Source of the DNA: an uncultured Acetobacter sp.
GTDB taxonomy: Bacteria > Pseudomonadota > Alphaproteobacteria > RF32 > CAG-239
Length of the DNA stretch: 26,392 nt
Assembly (NCBI GenBank): GCA_964410935.1
Contig: CAYPIZ010000003.1
Location: 1 to 26,392, forward strand
Reading direction: 5' to 3'
This document shows, piece after piece, positions 26,182 through 26,392 of the stretch (positions within the stretch are counted from its first letter, which is position 1; each line of letters opens with the position of its first letter). Under the pieces are notes generated by a model. It saw only the letters and a list, made by a program, of their open reading frames with translations. It had not been told where the DNA came from and made no database searches. The translations under genes were made by a program, and so were the position numbers.

Positions 26182-26278
26182 CTACCTCTTATAGAAAATT
26201 GGTCCCTCATTTTTTGGGCAGTATACTCACCTGTTTTTCAGCTGTAAAGAGGTGATAAAAGTTATACTATTTTTTTTA

Positions 26279-26307
26279 ACTCTATCATGTATGTTATTCT
26301 AAAACAA
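26279..26307 (-). promoter_or_regulatory. Candidate sigma70 promoter for nrdAB
   Basis: TTGTTT (26307-26302)-N17-TAGAGT (26284-26279). The context is AT-rich, so the match is uncertain. Confidence 0.3.
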
Positions 26308-26392
26308 TACATTATCTTTATATTTCTTGAATTTTACGCATCATCTTTTGAAAAAGGGCAAGCCTGGAATTTTCATTTTTCTCTAAAACCGC

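Noticed and set aside
26302-26317. NrdR box-like 16-mer AAACAATACATTATCT
   Set aside because: It misses conserved core positions of acaCwAtATaTwGtgt, has no partner box about 31 bp away, and lies in AT-rich context.
1-26392. CRISPR arrays, IS elements, integrases, prophage genes
   Set aside because: No regularly spaced direct repeats, transposase or integrase motifs, or terminal inverted repeats seen.

Overview
AT-rich chromosomal window, mostly housekeeping genes. The gene order bamE / yceD-rpmF-plsX-fabH-ihfA-merR and the RlmE N-terminal extension point to an Alphaproteobacterium, possibly an uncultured host-associated lineage (inference). Contents in order: a large secreted Cys-rich protein with an apparently dead trypsin-like domain, comM/yifB, an orphan lipoprotein, rlmE, bamE interrupted by an in-frame TAA, the yceD-rpmF-plsX-fabH-ihfA-merR-slyX cluster, a dnaB-ycgN-ycgN-M48 operon, galE-terC, a GT-C-like membrane protein, an uncharacterised two-gene CxxC/CC module, an orphan, and nrdA-nrdB-marC-surE followed by cysS-xseB-ispA. 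The best find is missed by the ORF track. The 218-bp gap upstream of cysS holds a complete classical ribosome-mediated transcription attenuator: a sigma70 promoter, an RBS, a 15-aa leader peptide with four consecutive Cys codons (MNLNMKNICCCCQNF*), an antiterminator segment just after the stop codon, and an intrinsic terminator with a U7 tract. This predicts direct feedback of Cys-tRNA charging on cysteinyl-tRNA synthetase expression. I saw no tRNA, rRNA, CRISPR array or mobile element.
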